A stretch of DNA of 64,000 bases from Macrostomum hystrix. Lineage: Eukaryota; Animalia; Platyhelminthes. The position numbers and the translations under genes are program-made. The stretch spans positions 186,001-250,000 of the forward strand of contig CATNEN010000013.1 of NCBI GenBank assembly GCA_950097015.1. The letters run 5' to 3'. The notes below the pieces were generated by a model. That model searched no databases and was not told the origin of the DNA. It saw only the letters and a program-made list of their open reading frames with translations. Shown in pieces: positions 1 to 10,132 of the stretch (within the stretch, counting starts at the first letter, position 1; every line of letters begins with the position of its first letter).

Positions 1-1084
1 GCCCAATTATAGGTGCAATCAATTATTATTATTTGCTTACTAACTGCTTATTACTTATTGTGTTGGTATAATGCCAGCTCTGCGAAAGAAATCATGTAAG
101 GTTGTCGAAAACAATTGTATTACAGCTTGAAATTTTTATATTTCAAGCACATAATTATTATATTTCTTTGTATATGAGCCGCGTCATTTGCAAAGCTCTG
201 TCTCTAATTGAAAAATAGCTGCATGCCCTCGACGCTGTGCCCAGGTGAAACAATTCACGCGGTAGACGCATGTCTCGACGTGCCATTGCGTCACCTTCAT
301 GCGACACACGCTCTTGAGATAAGAAATCAAATCGGTAGCAGCCATGCTTCTGAAGCAAATCTAACGCGCCACTTTTATTTTATGAACGTTGCTGTATGAC
401 CTTGAGGCTCGTAGTACGACGGTAATTGAGGGTGCTACTGCGTGACATGCGACATATCGAGGTTGATAAAACATGGCGACATGCAAGATTATGCCACGCG
501 ACTGGGTGAGCGAATTACTTGTTTTGAATGAATGAAACTGTCCATTAAAAATGTTGTAAAACTCCAGAGACAAGCATTGTCCCCATTAGAAGAGTACAAA
601 GAGAGCCTCAAATCGTAAAATAAGTCTAACGCAGCAGAAGAAATCGCTCTAATATGTAGGCCGCCAAGGGAAGCAAAACTACGCGCTTCCGAGTACGCGG
701 GTCAACAGAAGACAGCGCTGGACACTACTGGCTGAGATTGCCAGCTGATAAGAGCGCCACAGATAAGGAGACACGCAATGAAGGGCTGCCTGAGTACGAG
801 TAAGACACGTCAAAAACATCAGAACTTAACTCGAGAAATTCATAATACCCGCGTATATCTGTCTATTACTATCTAAGGATCATTGTTTGGTTCAGAGGCG
901 CAGAACGCATTGGACTAGTCAATCCTCCAGCGATTAACCCAGCTTATTATACCTGACCGCTACTTGACATTCTGCTACGAGAGGCAACAGCAGGACTTGC
1001 ATATTCATTCAGCGGGAAGACGTCTGAAGCCAAACGAAATCAATACAACTGACTAAAAACGGATCGCAAAACTTTTCTACTAAC

Positions 1085-2521
1085 ATGCCTCGAGTAAAGC
1101 GATCGAGTAGGTTAGACCTGGAGGTTTCAAGCGAGAACGATTGGCGCATCAAGTCTCTGATCAGCAAGTTCATTCTCAGTGCTCATCAAATCGACGACCT
1201 AAAAATGAAGCTCAAAGAGGAGATTGAGAAGGGTCTCAGTGACGACCCCGAACTCAGAAAACAGAGTTCTCTTCAGATGGCCGTCACCTTCGTTCGTGGA
1301 GTTCTCAATGGATCTGAGCGAGGAAACTTTTTGGCTCTTGACCTCGGTGGAACAAACTTTCGCATTCTCGATGTATCGCTGAGAAACGGGGGCAAGTGTT
1401 TGAGTAGTTGTGAGAACTTTGCCATCCCAACTGAGAGGCTGAGGGGAACAGCCGCTGAGCTGTTTGAGTTCATCGCTGACAAGCTGGCCGAGTTCATTCA
1501 CAAGGAGCAACTGGACAAGTCAAACAAGAGGATCCCTCTCGGATTCACCTACTCATACCCGTTGGAGCTCACCTCACTCACTTCGGGAGTGATCGAGCGC
1601 TTGAACAAGTCTCTGAAAATCAGCGATGCCATTGGCAAGGATCCTGTGCAGCTGTTGCAGGAGGCGATCAACAAGCACTCACTCAACATTGACGTTCTGG
1701 CGATCCTGAACGACACGACTGGCACTCTCATGAGCGGGGCATTCATCGACGCCGCTTGTGGCATCGGCCTCATCATGGGAACTGGAAGCAACGTCTGCTA
1801 CATGGAGAGAATCTGCAGCATTCCGAAGTGGCAGTCTCTGACCGGACAGTCGCTGGACGACTGCCAAGAATTCGACTACGTCATCGTGAACACAGAGTGG
1901 GGCGCGTTCGGAGACAATGGTGTGATCGACTTTCTCAAGACTGAGTTCGATTTCCAACTCGACAAAGAGTCGCTGCATGCCGGCACGTACACATTTGAGA
2001 AGTTGTTCAGCGGCATGTATCTGGGAGAACTGGCTCGCGTCACTCTCGTGAAGCTTTGTGAAGAAGGCCTCGTGTTCGGTGGGAAGCCGTCCGAAGCGCT
2101 ACTCACACCTGGTGGCTTTCCATCGTCCTTCATCTCCCGCGTTGAGCAAGACAATCATCGAGACCTGAGCAACACGTATCGCTGTCTGAAGGAACTGAAA
2201 CTGAGCAGCGTCTCTGACGAAGACTACCACGTTGTTCGCTTTTTGGCCAACACCCTGTCATCGAGGGCCGCACAAATTGTCGCAGCTGGGCTGTCGGTGA
2301 TTGTCGAGCGAATGCAGCGCAATGAGGTCGCTATCGCTGTTGACGGCTCGCTCTTCACCAAGCATCCGGTTCTGCCCGGCCTGATGCAGGAATTCCTGGA
2401 TAAATACTGCACTAGTACTCACACCAGACTCATACATGCGGAGGACGGTAGCGGCAAGGGCGCCGCTTTTACTGCCGCTGTGGCTGAACGAATCCGTTGT
2501 GATGAGGCGATGTCTGAGTAG
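1085..2521 (+). CDS. HK: Hexokinase (single-domain, about 50 kDa type), copy A, intronless
   Basis: 478-aa ORF with LALDLGGTNFR (phosphate-1), ILNDT, GTGSN, VNTEWG, FEKLFSG, VDGS and GSGKGAA hexokinase motifs. Confidence 0.96.
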   Translation: MPRVKRSSRLDLEVSSENDWRIKSLISKFILSAHQIDDLKMKLKEEIEKGLSDDPELRKQSSLQMAVTFVRGVLNGSERGNFLALDLGGTNFRILDVSLRNGGKCLSSCENFAIPTERLRGTAAELFEFIADKLAEFIHKEQLDKSNKRIPLGFTYSYPLELTSLTSGVIERLNKSLKISDAIGKDPVQLLQEAINKHSLNIDVLAILNDTTGTLMSGAFIDAACGIGLIMGTGSNVCYMERICSIPKWQSLTGQSLDDCQEFDYVIVNTEWGAFGDNGVIDFLKTEFDFQLDKESLHAGTYTFEKLFSGMYLGELARVTLVKLCEEGLVFGGKPSEALLTPGGFPSSFISRVEQDNHRDLSNTYRCLKELKLSSVSDEDYHVVRFLANTLSSRAAQIVAAGLSVIVERMQRNEVAIAVDGSLFTKHPVLPGLMQEFLDKYCTSTHTRLIHAEDGSGKGAAFTAAVAERIRCDEAMSE

Positions 2522-3571
2522 CTGCTAAATCTAGGAATGAGCTTTAAGTTGGTTGTGACGCATTCTTTAATAGCCTACTCATTTAATAGCTAAACATGTT
2601 GCGCAATCGTTATTATACTTTTTGCAACTTTTACTGGCCAATTCTTTTGACTTTATGCAATTCTTATTCCTTCTTGTCCTCACCCGCAGTTTCTTTTTAT
2701 TTAACCATTTGAGTCAAGCAGTTTTTAATGAGGCTAAGCTCATACACTTGCGATCGTTTTCAGGGTCCAGGGGTTTTTGACGCTGATGCTGAACCAAGCT
2801 ATGCTACCGCCTGAGGCGTGGCTAAAGCCGTGCCAGCACTTTCCATTCAGTTTTTCCTCTCCTGATTTCGCGGCTTTTTACTCGTACCTCCAAGACTCTT
2901 CATGGCCGCCTGTTTCTATGAATAAAAGGTCTTGATTAATTCTACGCCTCACCATTATGACTAACGACCTAAAGTGCACGGTGCAGTTGTGAGTGTCGTG
3001 TTGTGGCTTACTTTTCTATCTAGCTCAGAAATAAAGAGTTAAAGTGCTGAGTAAATGATACGAAAAAAGCTTTTAAACTAGTCAAAAAGCACAGGGATTC
3101 GTGAGCAGTTGCACACTATCACATGTCAGGTAATCAGATATGCAGTACTGAAATACTCGTAGTAGCATTGTACGCAAGATTTTTAGCTGCCAGGTGCGTC
3201 TTGGCAGGCTCGTTCCAGGTATTGGCGACCATCTCTAGAGGTGAAGCCTGAGCTTCTCTTCGACCAGCGGGAACAGTGTCTCCCCATCGTCCAACAGCTG
3301 CCGGAACTGTGGCCCGAACTGTTGAGGGAACGCGCTCGCGCTATCACCTGACTAATAGCGTTTTACTATCTTTCTACCCAAGAAGTATCATCATGAAGTC
3401 GACTTGGACGACTAAGCTTGAAGTGTAACTTTAGAATTCCTTTGGTATTGACGGACTTTTTATCTGTAAAATTGTACACGTTCAGTGACGATGTGTATAA
3501 AAGGCTTCGATCACAGTTTAAAGCTCTTTTGGGAGTAGCGAGATATTTGTCATCCCAACTGGAAGGTAATG

Positions 3572-3895
3572 ACAATAATTGTAAGAGGGCTGCAGGCAAT
3601 GGCACATCATTTGGTCATACTAGACCCGCAGGCAGCGAGGAGGTAATTCTGCTCATTTCGCTGACTCCTGAACACACACCCACACAGATACCGTACGCAC
3701 GCACAGACTCATACTCGTATACAGTTGTGCACATCTGTCCTGACTTTCTCATTGTCAGGCAGTGTACACATCACTGTGCCTTGGAGGTTGGCATCAAGGT
3801 CGTAAATTGCGCGACAAGTCCCAAGCCTTCTCTCCCCCAAGCCTTCTCTCCACTCCAAATGAATGTGGTCTCGCCGCGGAATCGAGCTCGAGCTT
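3572..3895 (-). mobile_element. tRNA-derived SINE family A copy
   Basis: Reverse complement of the element at 35872-36240, including the CTGCCTGAC...GTCAGGGCAG body and a short ATT tail. Confidence 0.85.
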
Positions 3896-5159
3896 CACAT
3901 CAAACTACAGAGTGAGACAGCGCAGATTCATCAGTTACTGGCTGATGCATGAGCCGGCACTGCATTCTGCTGACATTTATTGGAAAAAGAACCTAAACAA
4001 ACCAGGTATACGCTCTGAAACGTCGAAGACCCTCTTCGGACTACTTCATTTAGTTATTTTTTTAGAAGAGCCTTCGATATTAAATGTATTCTTATCGCAT
4101 ATGATTAATACGAGTAATACTCCACTCAGGCCGACTTGAATCAGCTGGTTTTTCTGATTGATAAAGCCTTCTAATTAACGGTTCGAAATTCCTCAACCTG
4201 GACCTTAGTCGCTGCCACTTTAATTAACCATTGCCGCTGTTGTACAAATGCTGTACACTGCGTCGAGATTCGTCGAGAGCGTCAGGAGCCCCCAGGAAGT
4301 TTTTTTACTAGTCCTTAATTTGGCCTTGCGATAAAAAGCTGGATTTTACCGGCGACATTTGAAAAGTTTAGACTTGCTTGTAACCAGCCAAATGAGTGAC
4401 ACAAGATTAGTCACGTTGTAGCTGAAAGAGCAAACCCTTCTTCAGAGTGTTAAACCAGATCGCCTGACAGTTAATTAGCTTTTTGAAGCAACGGTTCAGT
4501 GCGCTTCAGGACAGCAGGTGGACTAAAAGGTGTCATAAACCAACAGGGACTAATCTTGATTGGTATTTGTATATAGCTTGAACCATGCAAGGTTGTGCCC
4601 TAGAGCCGCTCCCACCAGTGCCATGGGGTGTGTCTGCAGCATGAATAGAATGTGTGTATTTTTAACACTGCATACTGCCAGCACAAGCGCGACAAATGCT
4701 TAATGCAAGTGAATCTTTCATAACAGCAAATCGCTCGCAGGCCAAATAGCGCAAGTCACACCCCCTCCTTGCGAAACAGCATTTGACATTTGACAACACT
4801 GCAATGCAAATGAAGAAAATTACGACCAGAGCCGTAGGAAAGACTGAATCAACTTGCTGAATTGTCGCTGTTACTGTGCAAGGAATTATTAAACAGGCCC
4901 TGTATTTAAGAGAGCAGATTTCATCACAGCCCTAGAAATTTATAAAAAAAGATTTAAACGAACATGTGAAAGTAACACACCGCCAAATAACAAAAAGATC
5001 GCACCAAAGATACGCCACTTGAACCCGTGTAAGGAAGAAAGCTATTATATATACAAACATAATAGTTTCTCTGCATTGAGGTAAAAACCAGCCGCTTAAA
5101 AATCAATTCTTTGATTTAATTTTATACCTTCGATTCCGAAAAATCATTGTCTTAACAAG

Positions 5160-6626
5160 ATGAGTCGCATCAGAAAGTCGAGTCGATTGGACCTGGAGGT
5201 TTCAAGCGAGAACGATTGGCGCATCAAGTCTCTGATCAGCAAATTTATCCTCACCCATCAAAAAATTAACGATCTTAGAGCAAAACTCAAGGAGGAGATT
5301 GAGAAGGGTCTCAGTGACGACCCCGAACTCAGAAAACAGAGTTCTCTTCAGATGGCCGTCACCTTCGTTCGTGGAGTTCTCAATGGATCTGAGCGAGGAA
5401 ACTTTTTGGCTCTTGACCTCGGTGGAACAAACTTTCGCATTCTCGATGTATCGCTGAGAAACGGGGGCAAGTGTTTGAGTAGTTGTGAGAACTTTGCCAT
5501 CCCAACTGAGAGGCTGAGGGGAACAGCCGCTGAGCTGTTTGAGTTCATCGCTGACAAGCTGGCCGAGTTCATTCACAAGGAGCAACTGGACAAGTCAAAC
5601 AAGAGGATCCCTCTCGGATTCACCTACTCATACCCGTTGGAGCTCACCTCACTCACTTCGGGAGTGATCGAGCGCTTGAACAAGTCTCTGAAAATCAGCG
5701 ATGCCATTGGCAAGGATCCTGTGCAGCTGTTGCAGGAGGCGATCAACAAGCACTCACTCAACATTGACGTTCTGGCGATCCTGAACGACACGACTGGCAC
5801 TCTCATGAGCGGGGCATTCATCGACGCCGCTTGTGGCATCGGCCTCATCATGGGAACTGGAAGCAACGTCTGCTACATGGAGAGAATCTGCAGCATTCCG
5901 AAGTGGCAGTCTCTGACCGGACAGTCGCTGGACGACTGCCAAGAATTCGACTACGTCATCGTGAACACAGAGTGGGGCGCGTTCGGAGACAATGGTGTGA
6001 TCGACTTTCTCAAGACTGAGTTCGATTTCCAACTCGACAAAGAGTCGCTGCATGCCGGCACGTACACATTTGAGAAGTTGTTCAGCGGCATGTATCTGGG
6101 AGAACTGGCTCGCGTCACTCTCGTGAAGCTTTGTGAAGAAGGCCTCGTGTTCGGTGGGAAGCCGTCCGAAGCGCTACTCACACCTGGTGGCTTTCCATCG
6201 TCCTTCATCTCCCGCGTTGAGCAAGACAATCATCGAGACCTGAGCAACACGTATCGCTGTCTGAAGGAACTGAAACTGAGCAGCGTCTCTGACGAAGACT
6301 ACCACGTTGTTCGCTTTTTAGCTAATGCTCTTTCTGTACGAGCTGCTCAAATTGTCGCAGCTGGGCTGTCGGTGATTGTCGAGCGAATGCAGCGCAATGA
6401 GGTCGCTATCGCTGTTGACGGCTCGCTGTACAAGAAGCATCCTAAATTGCAATTCCTTATTTCAGAGTTCTTGGACACCTACTGTGAGGATGTTTTTACC
6501 CGCTTGGTGCTGGCAGAAGACGGCAGTGGAAAGGGCGCCGCGTTTACGGCAGCTGTTGCCGAGAGGATCAAGTTCAAAACTGACTCGCAGGACTATTCGG
6601 CTGTCGGTGACTCGTCTGTTGAGTAG
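5160..6626 (+). CDS. HK: Hexokinase copy B, intronless tandem paralogue (offset 4075 bp)
   Basis: 488-aa ORF with the same motifs; central 1028 nt appear identical to copy A, termini differ. Confidence 0.96.
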   Translation: MSRIRKSSRLDLEVSSENDWRIKSLISKFILTHQKINDLRAKLKEEIEKGLSDDPELRKQSSLQMAVTFVRGVLNGSERGNFLALDLGGTNFRILDVSLRNGGKCLSSCENFAIPTERLRGTAAELFEFIADKLAEFIHKEQLDKSNKRIPLGFTYSYPLELTSLTSGVIERLNKSLKISDAIGKDPVQLLQEAINKHSLNIDVLAILNDTTGTLMSGAFIDAACGIGLIMGTGSNVCYMERICSIPKWQSLTGQSLDDCQEFDYVIVNTEWGAFGDNGVIDFLKTEFDFQLDKESLHAGTYTFEKLFSGMYLGELARVTLVKLCEEGLVFGGKPSEALLTPGGFPSSFISRVEQDNHRDLSNTYRCLKELKLSSVSDEDYHVVRFLANALSVRAAQIVAAGLSVIVERMQRNEVAIAVDGSLYKKHPKLQFLISEFLDTYCEDVFTRLVLAEDGSGKGAAFTAAVAERIKFKTDSQDYSAVGDSSVE

Positions 6627-7029
6627 ATGCTCCAGTATTTCTTGGATTTACAACCACGAACTTTAAGATTTTTAGTACGTCCTAAAATTTTAGTTGAGTC
6701 ACGATTGGCTTACGTACTTTTTGAGCCATTTTTTGGAAAACTATGTGTCATTAAACTTCTGTCAGCTCCTTTGCTACGTTCTAAATGCTTTTTTCTTTTA
6801 GGTATATCATTTTTTAAAGACTATTGTGTATGGGCTTTTGTTATAAATTTTAGCAAGGGAAATCTAACTGGTCAAGCTATTCACGCAATACTACTGCTTC
6901 AGAAAAAAAGTTAATGAATAAAATAAACACTTTTATTTATAGCCAGTTATACGTGCCCGCCAGAAAAGTATGCACACCGAGAATCTCATTAATATCGTGT
7001 CCTCCACTGTTACATTGTTTGTTGTTGTT

Positions 7030-7636
7030 GTTGGCGGTGCCGTGGCCTAGCCCTGACGACCTCCTTCAGCCTTACTCGCTCCCTGAACTCGTTACAGAGA
7101 GACAGACTTTCCTCGGGCATTGCTCAGCTCCATGATGCCGCCCCCCTCTTAATGTTGTCCATCATTGGGCACTTTAGCAGGAAGTGCTCCATCTTTGCAC
7201 CTCTCGGCAGTTTTTGCACCTCCACATTCAGAGGACCTACTTTCTCCTCTGCTGCATTTCTCGGCCTCGGTATTTGGCAGCTCGGCGCACTTCAAATGAA
7301 AGCTCACGTTGCACTCACTTCACAACGCTCCGACACTTCTCAGCTTTTGTTGCGTTCCGCACACTTCGTCGCATCCTCCTCCTCTCCACCCTTCGGCCCA
7401 GGGTTCTTCTCCTCATTTCCGAGGAGAAAAGTCTCCAATGTCTCCAAATGTCTCCAGAGAAGAGCTGTCTCCACTCTCATCTGGGTCTTGGCAACGTATC
7501 TCGGATCATGTTCTTCAGAGGGTCCATGCGGAAGGCACTCCCTCAGGGCGCACCAGTGAAGGTCTGGCCCGTAGCGCCGGAAGACATGTCCCCTCCCGGT
7601 AGACTCCGAGAGCCTGTTACATACGTCGAAGAGCAT
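7030..7636 (-). pseudogene. Decayed non-LTR retrotransposon ORF1-like relic: 2A-like motif followed by a disrupted PHD finger
   Basis: Minus strand reads LLGNEEKNPGP (7426-7394), then KCAER, L*SECNVSFHLKC (to 7287) and WRCKNC (7224-7207) across frameshifts and stops. Confidence 0.55.
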
Positions 7637-8242
7637 AGACTACATTTCATACTATTAACTACATTTTCACTTTTAAATGTCTGCTTTCGCGTTAAATTGA
7701 CGTGGTTGTCAATCGGTCCTTCGCAATGCTTTGTTATAAAACCGTTTTAAGTATTATCTGTTTGAGGTACATTGTGATTATCAAACATACATTGGCATTA
7801 CTAAATTAGACACAACACTGTAACCTTGTTTTATAATTCAATCTATGCATACTGATGGTTAAACCTTGCATTTTCACTGTAGGAAAAAGAGACGAAATAA
7901 AAAATTATGAAACGGCTAATTTTAGAAACTGTGCAAAATAGACTACAGAAAAGCATTCAAAGGAAAAATATACATTTGCTGCTACATGTACGTCGTACGT
8001 TCGTACGTCTAGTGTACTCTCAGCATTGAGCATGGTGTGTATGACGATATGTTCCGTTTAAAAAGGAATTCTAGACCGGATTCTAAGTTATTGAAACTAG
8101 TAACCAATGGTAATGTACAAAAATATGTATATGATGGATGATTTGTAATATAAAGCTTTCTATTCTGCTTTGTATTCTGAGTTACAGCTGATTCTCAAAT
8201 TATAGTTTTTCTTCAGTCCACGATCGCATATAGTATTTGAGA

Positions 8243-10132
8243 ATGAGAAAAACGATTGAAATATCCCTACTGATGGCGGTCTTAGGCCTCATTACTGCAG
8301 CAGCGACACCTGCGAACAACGGCGGCGACATTCGAAATAAGATCGGCGAGAGTGCTCACGCTAACGACAGTGGACTTCCTGAGTACATTGATGGCGGAGT
8401 CGGCGGAACTGGTCAAACAAAGAGTGACAGTGCCAGCAAACAACACAGCAGCGGAACTGGTCAAACAAAGAGTGACAGTGCCAGCAAACAACGCAGCAGC
8501 GGAACTGGTCAAACAAAGAGTGACAGTGCCAGCAAACAACACAGCAGCGGAACTGGTCAAACAAAGAGTGACAGTGCCAGCAAACCACACAGCAGCGGAA
8601 CCGGTCTAACAAAGAGTGACAGTTTCAGCGAACCACACAGCAGCGGAACTGGTCAAACAAAGAGTGATAGTGCCAGCAAACCACACAGCAGCGGAACTGG
8701 TCAAACAAAGAGTGACAGTGCCAGCAAACAACACAGCAGCGGAACCGGTCAAACAAAGAGTGACAGTGCCAGCAAACAACACAGCAGCGGAACTGGTCAA
8801 ACAAAGAGTGACAGTGCCAGCAAAAAACACAGCAGCGGAACTGGTCAAACAAAGAGTGACAGTGCCAGCAAACCACACAGCAGCGGAACTGGTCAAACAA
8901 AGAGTGACAGTGCCAGCAAACAACACAGCAGCGGAACTGGTCAAACAAAGAGTGACAGTGCCAGCAAACAACACAGCAGCGGAACTGGTCAAACAAAGAG
9001 TGACAGTGCCAGCAAACAACACAGCAGCGGAACTGGTCAAACAAAGAGTGACAGTGCCAGCAAACAACACAGCAGCGGAACTGGTCAAACAAAGAGTGAC
9101 AGTGCCAGCAAACCACACAGCAGCGGAACTGGTCAAACAAAGAGTGACAGTGCCAGCAAACAACACAGCAGCGGAACCGGTCAAACAAAGAGTGACAGTG
9201 CCAGCAAACAACACAGCAGCGGAACTGGTCAAACAAAGAGTGACAGTGCCAGCAAACCACACAGCAGCGGAACTGGTCAAACAAAGAGTGACAGTGCCAG
9301 CAAACAACACAGCAGCGGAACCGGTCAAACAAAGAGTGACAGTGCCAGCAAACAACACAGCAGCGGAACTGGTCAGACCGAGGAAGTTGGTGCCAGAAAG
9401 AACCGCAGCATTACAAGAGGCAGACTTTTATCCGAAAATGCTAAAAACGTTGAAATGAATCGGACAGCTATGGACGAAAATTTCATCAATAGCGATATCA
9501 AACCAAATACGACGTATGACGGCAATAGAAACGATAGAAAAAAAGAAAACGTTTCTAAAAGCATGGTATCGGGAACTGTACATAATAAAAAAGTAGTAAA
9601 TGCTTTAATAAAGCTTACTGCAATTATGGGCAAGCCTGTTAAAAATGCATCACTAAATAACACACAAGATTATAATAAAACGACAAAACGAAGCGAAAAC
9701 TTTAGCAGTAGCTCAAGTGAAGGAGCAACGAGTAATCTCTCTGTCGAAAGCACAACGACCACCAGCAGCAGCGCCACAGCAAGCACAAGGCAAAGCGAAA
9801 ATTTCAGACAGCAAAGTACAGCAGTCAGCTCCAGAAGAAGTCACGACAGCACAAGACACTCTCAAAGGCAGAATGAAGTTAGTGCGAATGAAATTAGAAG
9901 AAAAAGTCCACCTGGAACTGAAAACCAAGAAAAAAGCAATGCCAGACGGACTGTTTTTGTGCTGCTTCTCTTGCTCGTAATTGTTTCCATCCCAGGCTGT
10001 GTCGGATTCTGCGTATTTTGCAAAACAAGGGCCTCCAGAGCCGGTTGGAACCGCATCGAATTCAATCAGAATTCTAATAAGGCCGCAATTGTGACGGATG
10101 AGAACTGCAGCATGCTCTATAGAGCCATCTGA
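8243..10132 (+). CDS. Type I membrane mucin/proteoglycan-like protein with tandem 16-aa repeats
   Basis: ATG at 8243, hydrophobic signal peptide (ISLLMAVLGLITAAA), about 20 x HSSGTGQTKSDSASKQ, Ser/Thr-rich stalk with many N-x-S/T sequons, TM helix TVFVLLLLLVIVSIPGCVGFCVF, short tail ending YRAI. Confidence 0.88.
   Translation: MRKTIEISLLMAVLGLITAAATPANNGGDIRNKIGESAHANDSGLPEYIDGGVGGTGQTKSDSASKQHSSGTGQTKSDSASKQRSSGTGQTKSDSASKQHSSGTGQTKSDSASKPHSSGTGLTKSDSFSEPHSSGTGQTKSDSASKPHSSGTGQTKSDSASKQHSSGTGQTKSDSASKQHSSGTGQTKSDSASKKHSSGTGQTKSDSASKPHSSGTGQTKSDSASKQHSSGTGQTKSDSASKQHSSGTGQTKSDSASKQHSSGTGQTKSDSASKQHSSGTGQTKSDSASKPHSSGTGQTKSDSASKQHSSGTGQTKSDSASKQHSSGTGQTKSDSASKPHSSGTGQTKSDSASKQHSSGTGQTKSDSASKQHSSGTGQTEEVGARKNRSITRGRLLSENAKNVEMNRTAMDENFINSDIKPNTTYDGNRNDRKKENVSKSMVSGTVHNKKVVNALIKLTAIMGKPVKNASLNNTQDYNKTTKRSENFSSSSSEGATSNLSVESTTTTSSSATASTRQSENFRQQSTAVSSRRSHDSTRHSQRQNEVSANEIRRKSPPGTENQEKSNARRTVFVLLLLLVIVSIPGCVGFCVFCKTRASRAGWNRIEFNQNSNKAAIVTDENCSMLYRAI
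8404..9375 (+). repeat. Coding 48-bp tandem repeat, about 20 copies
   Basis: Unit CAGCAGCGGAACTGGTCAAACAAAGAGTGACAGTGCCAGCAAACAACA, in frame. Confidence 0.97.

Noticed and set aside
1199-6229. Antisense and off-frame ORFs within both hexokinases
   Set aside because: Shadow ORFs of the coding strand, duplicated only because the sense sequence is identical.
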